Below are positions 46,247 through 56,794 of a stretch of DNA of 64,000 bases, in pieces; within the stretch, counting starts at the first letter, position 1; each line of letters begins with the position of its first letter. The DNA is taken from the IMG/VR virus record IMGVR_UViG_3300050010_000483, positions 1 through 64,000 of that record; one strand, 5' to 3'. The position numbers were made by a program, and so were the translations under genes. The notes below the pieces were generated by a model, which saw only the letters and a program-made list of their open reading frames with translations, did no database searches and was not told the origin of the DNA. This stretch comes from a virus.

Positions 46247-47863
46247 ATGTTTGATATTTTAGTTCAATATAATGGAAATACAATTTATCCAACACCATTG
46301 GTTCAACAGAACTATCGGTTCTTAGATTGTGGGCAACGCTGGGGTAATGTTCTTGAAATTGAACTTCAAGGATATGTCACTGGATTAACATCAACAGGTA
46401 GTATAACTGGTCTGATTAACATTTTTACTGGACAATTTGGAACATTGAATGTTTATCAAACATCTGAGAGTTCGCAGCAACAAATTTACTCTTGGAATAA
46501 TCTAAACATCGAAAGTATCGAATTTCCAAATAACAGTTATTTAGTAAACTCTTTTGTTCCTTATCATATTAAAATGCACCAATATAATGTTCCTAGTGGT
46601 GTATTGGACCCTGTCAATGAGTATTCTTTTAATCAAGGCGAGGATGGCACTGTCACTTTAACTCATAAAATGGGTGCCCGTGGTGTTAAGAACAACATTG
46701 ATGCTTTCGACAATGCCATTGCCTTCATCAAATCAATTTCTGGACGAAACGCCTTTCAAACAGCTTTTATTCCAAGTGGAGTTGGAGCTTTGATGTCTCT
46801 TTCTGAAAATATTAATCGTGCCGAAGGAGCATATTACCTTACAGAAACTTATAAATATACAACGGGCATTAATCAACCTTATTGCACCTGGTTTAATGCA
46901 TCTGTCACAAATAGTCTTGATAATGAATATCTTTTGGTAAATTCCGAGTTAAAAATTCAAGGTTCTCCCGTCCAAAATAATTTATCTCAGATTGAGGCGC
47001 AAATTCCCGCTGGTCTTGATAGTTCGCTAAGTCTATTAAATCAGATGGGAATTAATACTGGACTGCTTTTGACTAATTCTATGTCGGTCGTAAGAGATTC
47101 TGGTTCTGCAACGATTACTATCAAACGAGACTTTATTTCTGGCTATTATGCTTCGGATTTTAACGGATTTTTTGACTATGTAATTTCAATTGATGAAGAT
47201 TGGGTTTTGCCAAAAGAAACATGGAAAGTTGAAGGAGAATTTATTTGCAAAGGTCCATTGGACTATAAAAAACAACAATTGGCTGTATTCAAAAATACAA
47301 TGGGAAACGTCCCAAATTATTTAATGGGATTGATTAGCGGTTCTGAAATTTTTTCAGAGTGGCATAATGATAACAATCTTCCCTCTTCCCTTTATGAACT
47401 ATCGGTGAAAGAGAATACGGGCATTGCAACCTGGCAAGCTTCTTTAACCATGTATGACGGGACATATCCAAGTGGAATTGTAATGCCAAAATATGCTGTT
47501 GATGTGTCTCCATCAAAATGGGCCTTTGATTTACTCCCATCGGCAAATATTGAAGGCCATTATGTAGTCCAAGATTTACAAATGGCCACTCAAGCCCATC
47601 TATCCTTTAACGTTTCATGTGATTCTGATGTTCCTTGGATTGCTGCACCATTAATTTCGGGATACCTTGTTCAATTAGAGGAAATTTATATCAACAGCGG
47701 AGCCATTACAAGTCAAACATTATCCACGGGGCTGGTATCGGCATCAAACACCAGAGAGTGGATTGGCACGGATAATTTGAGTACTGGAATTTTGAACACA
47801 AAAGTTGTTGGTTCTTATGTTTCCAATTATCTTCGTCAACCTGGATATAGCTTTGGATATTAA
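46247..47863 (+). CDS. Tail tip/distal tail protein
   Basis: Beta-rich, TAATATG-coupled; synteny. Confidence 0.6.
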   Translation: MFDILVQYNGNTIYPTPLVQQNYRFLDCGQRWGNVLEIELQGYVTGLTSTGSITGLINIFTGQFGTLNVYQTSESSQQQIYSWNNLNIESIEFPNNSYLVNSFVPYHIKMHQYNVPSGVLDPVNEYSFNQGEDGTVTLTHKMGARGVKNNIDAFDNAIAFIKSISGRNAFQTAFIPSGVGALMSLSENINRAEGAYYLTETYKYTTGINQPYCTWFNASVTNSLDNEYLLVNSELKIQGSPVQNNLSQIEAQIPAGLDSSLSLLNQMGINTGLLLTNSMSVVRDSGSATITIKRDFISGYYASDFNGFFDYVISIDEDWVLPKETWKVEGEFICKGPLDYKKQQLAVFKNTMGNVPNYLMGLISGSEIFSEWHNDNNLPSSLYELSVKENTGIATWQASLTMYDGTYPSGIVMPKYAVDVSPSKWAFDLLPSANIEGHYVVQDLQMATQAHLSFNVSCDSDVPWIAAPLISGYLVQLEEIYINSGAITSQTLSTGLVSASNTREWIGTDNLSTGILNTKVVGSYVSNYLRQPGYSFGY

Positions 47864-47871
47864 GGATTATT

Positions 47872-47878
47872 GTGTAAT
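47872..47878 (+). promoter_or_regulatory. Putative late promoter GTGTAAT
   Basis: 18 nt upstream of ATG 47897. Confidence 0.6.
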
Positions 47879-47896
47879 GATAGATGGATAAAGGTT

Positions 47897-49753
47897 ATGA
47901 ATACTGGGGCATTTTTTACATGTTTGAATCTCTTGGGAATTGAGACGGGTAACTCCGTTCAATTACAAGGGATTTATTCTCCTGCCTCGGGTACTTCTTC
48001 ATACCTTTTCAATCAATTGTATTCAACGGGCTATCATATCTATAATGGAAACTTATTCGCTGGGGCAACACCATTGATTAACGTTTACAACAATCCTGTT
48101 ACTAACAATTATTTTTCTGGAAATAACGGTTTCCGCGCTGGCTATCAACATAACGGTAATTTCAGTGTGTTAATGGACATTCAATACAGTGGATGTAATA
48201 GATTTTCAAATCAATCTTCTTGTATCCAAAACGTATTACTTTCAACTTGCGATACTTCTGCTGGATTTGGTTCTGGTTTCGCCATCGTGATTAATGATGC
48301 CAATCGTTTGACATTGAAGTCTCAAAATATCAATTATACTCTCTCGCAAGAATTGAGTGTGAGAGATTTTGTTTATGTCTCTCTAACCGAAAATCAGTAT
48401 GTCAACTTTGGCATTTACCGCCCGTCTGATAATTTTCTTTACGTGGAAAATGTCAGTGTACCTTATGGTTCGTTGAACACAAATGCCATTTATTTTGGCA
48501 ACTTTCTAAGCGGTAGTGATTCAAGATTCACGGGATTTTTTGGAAATATCAACACTATTCTCTTATTCAGCGACGATCTCTCAATGGGAGATGTGACAAC
48601 TTGCGCCACTTGTAATATGGTTTCTGGATACACTTCTGTGGCGACAAATCAAACTTTTTCTGGATTTCAATTGACTGGCATGGCGTATTCTGGTGTTCAA
48701 TATTATGTTCAAACGGGTTCATCTTACGTTACAGGATATGTGACCAGTCATACTGGTGGACAAATTCCAATAGTCTATCCGTCTGGATTGATGACTTTTT
48801 TGACATCTGGTGAAGTGACAAGCCCTCTTTTTAATCAAGTGGCCCTGCAAACCAGTGGACAGACCATTCAATTTCAATTTGACCCAACAATCTTGGCTGG
48901 ATTTAGTACATATCAAGTTCAATTTCAATTACCTTTGACATCGGGTGACGTTTTAGAAATCTCAACTTATCCTCAATATAATAGTAACGTTGCTTTGATC
49001 ACCACCAATAATCTATATCCATCAAATACAGGATACATTCAGATTTTTGCCAATGGTCTTGCTGAAACTCTGAATCAAGATTACATTGTTAATCGTAATC
49101 AAATGAGCGGATTCAATGAAAGTGATTTATTGAGTTATGATGTATTGCCCACTAATGGATATGTAACTGCTTATAGTGGTTATTGGCAAAATGAAAAATT
49201 ACTTTTGAGCGATGAAAATTATTTTCCTTCTGAACCCCAGTATTATGAACCTACTGGCTCTCTCTCTGGACAGGTTTTGATTACTGGACTATCAGGGATT
49301 TGCGTTGGGAATCCTTTCTATCCATCTTTTGGTTATGACATTTTCATGAACGGGCAGAAACTTGTATCAGGATTACAGTATGCAATTTCTTTGTCTGGTG
49401 CTGGATTTGTAGTTTCTCTTTCTGGTGATAATCTGGCTCCCGTTGACATGACTCCTCTTTATCCTCCTGCTGGTGGTCTTCCAACAGGAGCATATGCTCA
49501 AGGTAATGAATTATCCTTTTTGCCTTATTGGAATAATGTTCAAAAGCAGATTATTTTTATTAATACTACTGTAGCTACCACAGGTTTAATTGGATTCTCA
49601 GAACAAATTTGGGTAAATGGTATTAGACAAGTACGTAATAATGACTACTTTAGAGTATCACCTTGTTCAACCATTAATGAAACGATTACATTTCCTGCAT
49701 TAAATTTTACCATTTATAATAGCGAAAACGATGGTGGTTATTGGAATTTTTGA
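47897..49753 (+). CDS. Tail protein with an N-terminal LamG-like domain
   Basis: IYFGN...FFGNINTILLFSDDLS resembles a LamG C-terminus; repeated (F/W)xNG...DY motifs; start moved to ATG 47897. Confidence 0.6.
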   Translation: MNTGAFFTCLNLLGIETGNSVQLQGIYSPASGTSSYLFNQLYSTGYHIYNGNLFAGATPLINVYNNPVTNNYFSGNNGFRAGYQHNGNFSVLMDIQYSGCNRFSNQSSCIQNVLLSTCDTSAGFGSGFAIVINDANRLTLKSQNINYTLSQELSVRDFVYVSLTENQYVNFGIYRPSDNFLYVENVSVPYGSLNTNAIYFGNFLSGSDSRFTGFFGNINTILLFSDDLSMGDVTTCATCNMVSGYTSVATNQTFSGFQLTGMAYSGVQYYVQTGSSYVTGYVTSHTGGQIPIVYPSGLMTFLTSGEVTSPLFNQVALQTSGQTIQFQFDPTILAGFSTYQVQFQLPLTSGDVLEISTYPQYNSNVALITTNNLYPSNTGYIQIFANGLAETLNQDYIVNRNQMSGFNESDLLSYDVLPTNGYVTAYSGYWQNEKLLLSDENYFPSEPQYYEPTGSLSGQVLITGLSGICVGNPFYPSFGYDIFMNGQKLVSGLQYAISLSGAGFVVSLSGDNLAPVDMTPLYPPAGGLPTGAYAQGNELSFLPYWNNVQKQIIFINTTVATTGLIGFSEQIWVNGIRQVRNNDYFRVSPCSTINETITFPALNFTIYNSENDGGYWNF

Positions 49754-49789
49754 TATAATAGGAATATGAAAAACTGGAGGAAAAATTAA

Positions 49790-52700
49790 GTGTCGTATCA
49801 ATTACTACAAGGCATAAGTGTTTCACCACAAGGCAATTCAAATCTTGGTAGGTTTAGCAAAACACTGGTAAATGGAACTTGGCCAAGTTCATTTGCATTC
49901 GGTGGGTGGATTTATAATGCGACATCAGAGGTGGGATTTAGCAATCAACCTTCTGAAATCAAACTTAGCATTGTTCTTGAAGTAACTAATCGCGCCCAAC
50001 AATATGCTTTTTTCGACATTAAAGACACAGACCTTCAATGTGGCGCAGGAAATGGCAGCGATGAAAATTGGTACAATATTAATTTTAATGGTGTTCAATT
50101 CAATAACTTTTACTTATATGAGTATGAAATAAACATTGAGAATAACGAAAAAATCCTTTCTGTCACTTTCAAAGACTATTCGTTGATCTTGGATAAGATT
50201 TATGTTGGATTAATTAAACGTCAGGGAGATCAGTTTGTTTATACTGATGAGGCCATTCTTTCCTTTCCTGTTATTTGCCCTGATTGCGTGCTTGCTGGTA
50301 ATAGTATCAATGCTTGGGCAAACGTCAATCGCCCGCTTTCTTATGGTTCCTATGTGGGTATTGGAGGAAACACCTATGACAATTTTGCCAATATACCCGT
50401 TCAAGGAAACATTTATTTGAACTGGCAGCTTCTTTTCTCCCAAGCTCCAATGCAGCCCCACTTCGATTTGAATGGCGGATATCTTATTATTGGTACGGAA
50501 GAAGCCACGGAAGCACGTTGTGGTGATTTAGCGCCTGTTAGTTATAATTTCAATGAATTACTCGCCTCATTGCGTGCCAGAGGAATGCAATTTCAAGGGG
50601 CCTTTCCTGTTTCAATTCAGGATGCCGATTACATTTATCATCAGAACTACGTTGGTTCTTTGCGTGAGGTTTTACAACAGTGGTGTTCGGACTTGGGATA
50701 TGATTTCTATTGTGTTGGCAAGACTTTTGTGGGCATCAACTTAAATCAGGCCTTGGATATTTCGGCTGTGGTTTCAATTGTGGACCCGACCACAACTTTG
50801 GGTAATGCGTTTGCCCTAAACCAAAATGCCGCCATTACAGCTTTTAAAACAACAAGTACTCTGCAAAATACATTTAAACAATCTGTCATCGTTCAGAATA
50901 ATCGTGCCCGCGACGAAAAGGTTTCTTCCAAGGCTCCAAAACGTTACGTTGGAATTTTGCCTTTGCATCCGATTGATTTTAACCGACACTCAAATGACAT
51001 GATAATTCGAGCCAATGCCTTTGGAAACGAATTTATTGACAGTGCTTGGACAAATAATTTTGAACCTGGAAGCAACAATCTAAATCGAACTCTGCCAGAA
51101 TTAGATGGACGTACATTTGGAGATATTGATACTTCGATTGCATTGACTAAATATGATGCAAACCTTCGAGATATTTTTTGTCAAGACCGAGCCATCTATG
51201 GAGAAACAGCTGAAATTCAAGCTTCAAATTTTAGGGCACTGGGAATGGTACCTTTGATTCAATTGACTGGCGATGATGCTGCCATGTGTATTGAAAAATT
51301 GATTCCTGAAAATGGAGATGCAATTTCAAATATTTGTCGAGACAAGAGATTTTATCGTGTCTATTTAGGATACTACTACGATCAATTTAAACAAGACATC
51401 ATTAGTTGGGAACAGCAGGCCGCCGAAGCCATGTATAAGTATGGTTTCATTGCCCGCGGTCTTATTAATGGATTTCCATATTTCCCAATGAATTCTTTGA
51501 ATGACGAAAGTCCTACCAGCGGTTTGTATGGGGATTTGGGAACATCATTGGTGCGTATCCAACACACGGTTGAACCTTCAGCCCAACAATATTATGCTTT
51601 GCGTCAGGCCCCTTTTAAGGATTTGATTCTATATTCAGGCGTTAATACTCCTTCAAATGTTAGTTTGAATATTCCTCTTGTGTCAAACAATTTGACTCGT
51701 ACTGGACTTTTTCCAACTGGTTTATTTTATGCGTCTCTTGATAATGAATGGGGTACAGATGTTGAGCATTTCAAACGAGCCATGACGCTTAACTTGGTTG
51801 ACCCGTGCGTTGCTCAATTCGCACAGTCTCCAAGTTATACTCAGATTACAAATAATATTCCAACAAGAATGCAAGATTGGAAACTAGATTATTTCAAACC
51901 ACTTGCCGATCCAGATTTGGAAAGTCTTGGTCAGTATGCCGTATCTGCTTTGAGTAGTATTTCTGGACAAACTGTTTATGATAAAACCGTAAGAACCTAT
52001 TACGATCAACATTATCTTTTGAATCAAACTTGTTCAAAGTTATGTATCTTGGTTTTGACCGATACGCGTCAACATCCAAATATCTACGCAAAGTTTACCC
52101 CAAAAGGAACTGAATTCACAAACTTCTATGCGCTACAAGCATACAGTGATAAATTACGTCTGGCATTATTACGTCAATTGCAAATTCAAACCCCTGATGA
52201 TTGTTCGTTGCCATTATTGCAAGAAATCTGCCGTAATTATCTTTCTGGTCAATTTCAGATTGGCCCAACTGGTAATCCAATGTATGGTTGTGTAATTGAT
52301 GAAGATAAATTCAATTGGTTGATTGATGGTTTCACCTATGAGTATTTGAGTACCTCAAACTCTCGGGGATTAAATATTCAGATAACAAAAAATCCTATCC
52401 GTAATAGTGATACTGATCTTTTGGTAAATACATTTGCAAATGCAGATATTAATGGAGATTATTATTTTTCGGATGTTGTGAATAATCAGTTACAATATAA
52501 AACTAGAACAATAAACTATAATATCGTCTACCCTGTGACTTGCAATTCTGCTGGTGGTTCGGCATCCCCCACTGGGGATGGAATCTATGGTTATTACAAT
52601 GGTATCTTGACTTCTCAAGTAGATATTGATAATCGTACTCCTGAAATTGTTGATATATTTGGGACGCCAGTAAATGCACTAAATAACAATACAGCTTCGT

Positions 52701-53080
52701 TGAAGATTATTAATGAATCTGTTGACCCCGATTTACAACCACTACTTGACCCATTCAGTTCCCGTTTCTTCTCATACATGACGGTCATTACTGGGACGGG
52801 TTCCATTGTAACAAACGCCCAACAGTACTATCAATTCGTAAAAAATCTCAACAACTACGAAATGACTACGCCCTGGAAAACGGTCGAAATGAGTTTGGCT
52901 GGCTCGCCAAGTTCATTTGGGGCATTTTTGCCGTATCTAAGTCCAAATAGTGGTCTCACTAAAATCTCAATGAGTGTAAATGATAATGGCGTGACGACTA
53001 ACTTAAGTTTTTCTGATAGATCGAAAATTCTTCCCCGCCAGGAGAGCGTGTTAAACAAAATCGTAGCCAGATTGAAATAA
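49790..53080 (+). CDS. Baseplate hub / tail-tip protein
   Basis: GTG start with GGAGG RBS; YVGSLREVLQQWCSDLGYDFY is a hub-like motif; C-terminal ISMSVNDNGVTTNLSF. Confidence 0.6.
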   Translation: MSYQLLQGISVSPQGNSNLGRFSKTLVNGTWPSSFAFGGWIYNATSEVGFSNQPSEIKLSIVLEVTNRAQQYAFFDIKDTDLQCGAGNGSDENWYNINFNGVQFNNFYLYEYEINIENNEKILSVTFKDYSLILDKIYVGLIKRQGDQFVYTDEAILSFPVICPDCVLAGNSINAWANVNRPLSYGSYVGIGGNTYDNFANIPVQGNIYLNWQLLFSQAPMQPHFDLNGGYLIIGTEEATEARCGDLAPVSYNFNELLASLRARGMQFQGAFPVSIQDADYIYHQNYVGSLREVLQQWCSDLGYDFYCVGKTFVGINLNQALDISAVVSIVDPTTTLGNAFALNQNAAITAFKTTSTLQNTFKQSVIVQNNRARDEKVSSKAPKRYVGILPLHPIDFNRHSNDMIIRANAFGNEFIDSAWTNNFEPGSNNLNRTLPELDGRTFGDIDTSIALTKYDANLRDIFCQDRAIYGETAEIQASNFRALGMVPLIQLTGDDAAMCIEKLIPENGDAISNICRDKRFYRVYLGYYYDQFKQDIISWEQQAAEAMYKYGFIARGLINGFPYFPMNSLNDESPTSGLYGDLGTSLVRIQHTVEPSAQQYYALRQAPFKDLILYSGVNTPSNVSLNIPLVSNNLTRTGLFPTGLFYASLDNEWGTDVEHFKRAMTLNLVDPCVAQFAQSPSYTQITNNIPTRMQDWKLDYFKPLADPDLESLGQYAVSALSSISGQTVYDKTVRTYYDQHYLLNQTCSKLCILVLTDTRQHPNIYAKFTPKGTEFTNFYALQAYSDKLRLALLRQLQIQTPDDCSLPLLQEICRNYLSGQFQIGPTGNPMYGCVIDEDKFNWLIDGFTYEYLSTSNSRGLNIQITKNPIRNSDTDLLVNTFANADINGDYYFSDVVNNQLQYKTRTINYNIVYPVTCNSAGGSASPTGDGIYGYYNGILTSQVDIDNRTPEIVDIFGTPVNALNNNTASLKIINESVDPDLQPLLDPFSSRFFSYMTVITGTGSIVTNAQQYYQFVKNLNNYEMTTPWKTVEMSLAGSPSSFGAFLPYLSPNSGLTKISMSVNDNGVTTNLSFSDRSKILPRQESVLNKIVARLK

Positions 53081-53097
53081 ATTATTGGATATTATTA

Positions 53098-55098
53098 ATG
53101 CAGTTCACGGGCACAAATTTTTTGTATTTGCCAATGGTAAACAGGTTTCAGTTTACCTTTGCGGATATTACTGTCTCGGACTGGTCACAATACTCCGTTA
53201 CTCTTGACTGCATCAGTGGTTCTTATCCAACTGGTTATAATACAAACTCATACATTAACCTATTCTTTTTAAGCGGGGGCGACGTTTTCATGAGCGATGG
53301 TACGCTGGGTTTAAATACGAATCGAATTATTGCATCCTATACAACTGGGGTGCCGTTTGACGTGTCTGGCTGGGTCAACATGGCGTCGGGCACTTATATC
53401 AATGTGGATGGAGCAGAAGGATTTCAAAGCAGTCTAATGACCAAATATGGCGGCTCTGGCAGCTTTGGACAACTTAAGATCATAAATAGCGGTAGCGGAA
53501 CATTTGCGTCGAATATTTTTCTCATAGGAGATCAGATAAACTACTCATTTTCAGTACAACCTATTCCAGCCAATGGGGCATCCACGGGGAGTTTGATTAG
53601 TAACTATAATGGTATGATTTTTGACTTGAATTTGTACTTCTATCAGTCAAATCAACCGATCTTGACATTTTCTGGCTCTCAAAACATTTCAGGCGTAAAT
53701 AGTCAAGTAAATAATAGTTATGTGATGTTTGATAATGATGCTGATTTCCGTACAATTGGAGGAAACGCCTTGGCAATCGTTGGAACTTTACAAGGACAAG
53801 TAACCGTACCTTTCAGTTATTTTAAATTTATTAATGATGTGGTGACATTATCAATCACCAGTCAGAATTCTGGTCAAACGACATTTGGAGGACAATTTAA
53901 TGGAATTTGGGAAAACAATCAATTCACATATCAAGATTTCCCAAGTGTTTTGACTTTAAATTACATCGTTTCCAACAACGATACATTTGGTAATCCAAAT
54001 CCATCAACATTTTTCTTGGATATCAATATGGGTTCTGGACTTCCATATTCATACATTTCAGGATTTAACTTGACATCGAATGGGGAATATCTTTATACTC
54101 CAACAGTTTTGTTTACAGGATACTATGGAATTACTGGTATTCAAGAAGCTTTTGCACCACTGTTATTTTCAAGCGGATGTAGTGGAAATCTTCCCATATC
54201 TTTTCTGCCATCAAATGGTAGTGGTTCAGCGGCATCAGGTTTACTATTAACAACGGCTGTACAATTGCAAAATCTTTACTTCGCAGGAATTCAAACCTAT
54301 TATATCGTAAATGGGTATCAGATTTTAAATCAAGGTTCTGGTTACACATTGGCCCCGAAGGCAATTGTAAATACGGGATTTTATGGAAGTACTTGTTATG
54401 ATGTTCCTGCGAAATATCCAAACGTATTTCCTGTGTTTGCCGCTTTCGACACTTCTGGGACCCTGCTGCCTTTAGCAAGTTATTTAACGGGTACGGCCAT
54501 GACAACCACTGGTTTGGTTAGTGAGGGTACAATACCTGGACTAATTGTAACAGGAATTGATATTTCAAACATTGGTTCTGGTTACACGCCATCACAATTT
54601 CCATTCATCAGTTTCATCAGACAACCAGGAGATACACTTACCAAAAATGCTTCTGGAAATTTTGTATTGACAACCTCTGGTTACTCAAATCTAAATCAAT
54701 ATACTACCGTACAACAATTAATTCAAAATCAAGATTTTACGACAGTCACTCAATTTTCTGGAACGTCAATTCAGCTTGATCCTACTCAGCAGATGGTCAC
54801 TTACCAGATTGCTGTATCTGGTTGTCCATTTACACAACCATCATCAGGAGGATATATTGTATTTAGCACAGATGGTGTGAACTATAACATTTCGGAAGAC
54901 CCAATTGTGTTTGCCCGCACTTTCTCAACGGACCCATTAAGCTTAAAAAAAAATAACATAAATTTTACAGGGGTGTATACTCAAGTGGTGCCACTGGGAA
55001 GCGACTTATCATTTTTATTGACACAAAATCAACTAGATATGCTTTATACATCTTATTCAAGTAGTCAAACGCTCGACTTGGGAGATTTAAATTTTTGA
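53098..55098 (+). CDS. Tail/baseplate structural protein
   Basis: Repeated I.N.GSGYT motifs (ILNQGSGYTLAP, ISNIGSGYTPS), as seen in phage baseplate and fibre proteins. Confidence 0.6.
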   Translation: MQFTGTNFLYLPMVNRFQFTFADITVSDWSQYSVTLDCISGSYPTGYNTNSYINLFFLSGGDVFMSDGTLGLNTNRIIASYTTGVPFDVSGWVNMASGTYINVDGAEGFQSSLMTKYGGSGSFGQLKIINSGSGTFASNIFLIGDQINYSFSVQPIPANGASTGSLISNYNGMIFDLNLYFYQSNQPILTFSGSQNISGVNSQVNNSYVMFDNDADFRTIGGNALAIVGTLQGQVTVPFSYFKFINDVVTLSITSQNSGQTTFGGQFNGIWENNQFTYQDFPSVLTLNYIVSNNDTFGNPNPSTFFLDINMGSGLPYSYISGFNLTSNGEYLYTPTVLFTGYYGITGIQEAFAPLLFSSGCSGNLPISFLPSNGSGSAASGLLLTTAVQLQNLYFAGIQTYYIVNGYQILNQGSGYTLAPKAIVNTGFYGSTCYDVPAKYPNVFPVFAAFDTSGTLLPLASYLTGTAMTTTGLVSEGTIPGLIVTGIDISNIGSGYTPSQFPFISFIRQPGDTLTKNASGNFVLTTSGYSNLNQYTTVQQLIQNQDFTTVTQFSGTSIQLDPTQQMVTYQIAVSGCPFTQPSSGGYIVFSTDGVNYNISEDPIVFARTFSTDPLSLKKNNINFTGVYTQVVPLGSDLSFLLTQNQLDMLYTSYSSSQTLDLGDLNF

Positions 55099-55099
55099 T

Positions 55100-56008
55100 A
55101 TGGACGGACTAGACGAAAAAAGAAAAACAGCAACAAACTCTCAATCTGAGATTATTGATGCACGAGTTATTGCAAACTATGGAGACCCAGGCCTGCAAGA
55201 AGACTATCAATTTGATCTATTGAGCCAATATGTCATAGTCATGTCAGAATCTTTCTATCGTGTTCCAACAACTGATCGTTGGTGGAATATGATTGCTGTT
55301 GTTCAGCGGCCAAAACATCTTTGGATTACTACTAACCAAGTAACCACTCCATCCACCCAACAAAGATTGGACGCGGAAGGTAATGTAAATGTCGGTTTGG
55401 CATCTTCATATTCCATTCAAGGAATTCAAGCCATTAATCAACCATATGCACTGGGAGAGCAGATTAAAATTAAACGACTTCAAAGTCCTTATACGCAATA
55501 CAGATTTCCGAGCTTTTTTAATTCACAGTTTCAACAGTGGGGAACAATGTATTCTTCCTATGGGTCTTGGCATACTCAAGGTTCAACTTTACCCTACATA
55601 AATAGCGATAGTAATAAGGTTGCGGCATTGCAAACCAAGACAATAATTCCCGCTGGAAATCAATTGTTTTATTTTAATCTGACGAAGTATCAATATGAAG
55701 CAGCGATATTGACAATTGCCGACCCTTCTGTCGCGCAAAGTATGACATCAATTTTTAATGGGTCATGGAATGGGGCCACCCCTGTTTATACTGCCAATGG
55801 GGGATATTTATTCAACAGTGCAGCGTCCATTGTAATTGCCTCATGCGAGTATGAGGATATTAACATTGGAAATAAATATCGAGTGAATGAAAGTAATTGT
55901 ATACCATTGGCTATTATGACCCCAAACAATTTTCCTAGTCCGAAAACTAGGAATGCGGGAACAATTGCTTATACACCGAGTTATTCGCCTGTTGCGATTG
56001 CGTCTTAA
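55100..56008 (+). CDS. Putative tail structural protein
   Basis: Last gene of the + strand run; overlaps the convergent gene by 4 nt. Confidence 0.6.
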   Translation: MDGLDEKRKTATNSQSEIIDARVIANYGDPGLQEDYQFDLLSQYVIVMSESFYRVPTTDRWWNMIAVVQRPKHLWITTNQVTTPSTQQRLDAEGNVNVGLASSYSIQGIQAINQPYALGEQIKIKRLQSPYTQYRFPSFFNSQFQQWGTMYSSYGSWHTQGSTLPYINSDSNKVAALQTKTIIPAGNQLFYFNLTKYQYEAAILTIADPSVAQSMTSIFNGSWNGATPVYTANGGYLFNSAASIVIASCEYEDINIGNKYRVNESNCIPLAIMTPNNFPSPKTRNAGTIAYTPSYSPVAIAS

Positions 56009-56793
56009 CCTGACGCAGCTTCAGCTTCTTTTTTTAACTTGTCCGCTTCGCGTTCAGCGGCTTTCTGCTTGATACGAGCAACCAACTCTAATTGTTGATA
56101 GCGGGGAATGTCAGACAGGGCGGTAAATTTTTCTGCTCCTTCTACCTTTTCTTCAATTAGTTTGCGTTTGATCGTCTCAAAAGATACTCCAAACTGTGCA
56201 ACAGTGGCTCTCAAAAGACTCAAAACGGAATCTTCCTGTTGGGGGTCATTGGAAGTATCGCCACCAATTTCGTCGGCAGATACAATATTAATGTTCAAGA
56301 AATTACGAACAGCACGGCAAAAAGCACGGTTTTCAGCAATCGCTGCTAAAAAGTTCTTGCCAAGACCATTAACATTGAGATCACACGCATCCCCAGCAGA
56401 TGAAAAAGATACTGCTCTACCTTCTGTTTCATAGTTACCAATCCATGTAATAGTGCAAACGGAAGCTACATAACGATCATTAGGAACTGTGAGAGAATGA
56501 GAAACTTGAGTATAACCACGAGTCTTGGCCAAGTCTTTAATTCCACCAAGAAGAATAAGGATTTCGGTATCTTTGAGGCCATCAGTGGTTTCTGGCACGG
56601 GTAATCCTTTCTTGATGAAATTTTGCTTGTGAGGAACAAGAAATTCTGGTTTAATCATCCTGCGCCAATCAATCGTTCCATCATCACGATAAACATACAC
56701 GACACTGGTATCGCAAATCAAACCATGTTGGTTGCGAGAAAATTGCTTTTTAGGAATACAGGAGGGAACAATTGTTTGGGATTCTGTGGACAT
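56005..56793 (-). CDS. Putative single-strand annealing protein (Rad52/Sak/ERF-like)
   Basis: Beta-beta-beta then AIAENRAFCRAVRNFLNI...SADEI, like the AE.RA..RA.R...DE helix of annealing proteins; helical C-terminal domain. Confidence 0.5.
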   Translation of the reverse strand: MSTESQTIVPSCIPKKQFSRNQHGLICDTSVVYVYRDDGTIDWRRMIKPEFLVPHKQNFIKKGLPVPETTDGLKDTEILILLGGIKDLAKTRGYTQVSHSLTVPNDRYVASVCTITWIGNYETEGRAVSFSSAGDACDLNVNGLGKNFLAAIAENRAFCRAVRNFLNINIVSADEIGGDTSNDPQQEDSVLSLLRATVAQFGVSFETIKRKLIEEKVEGAEKFTALSDIPRYQQLELVARIKQKAAEREADKLKKEAEAASG

Positions 56794-56794
56794 A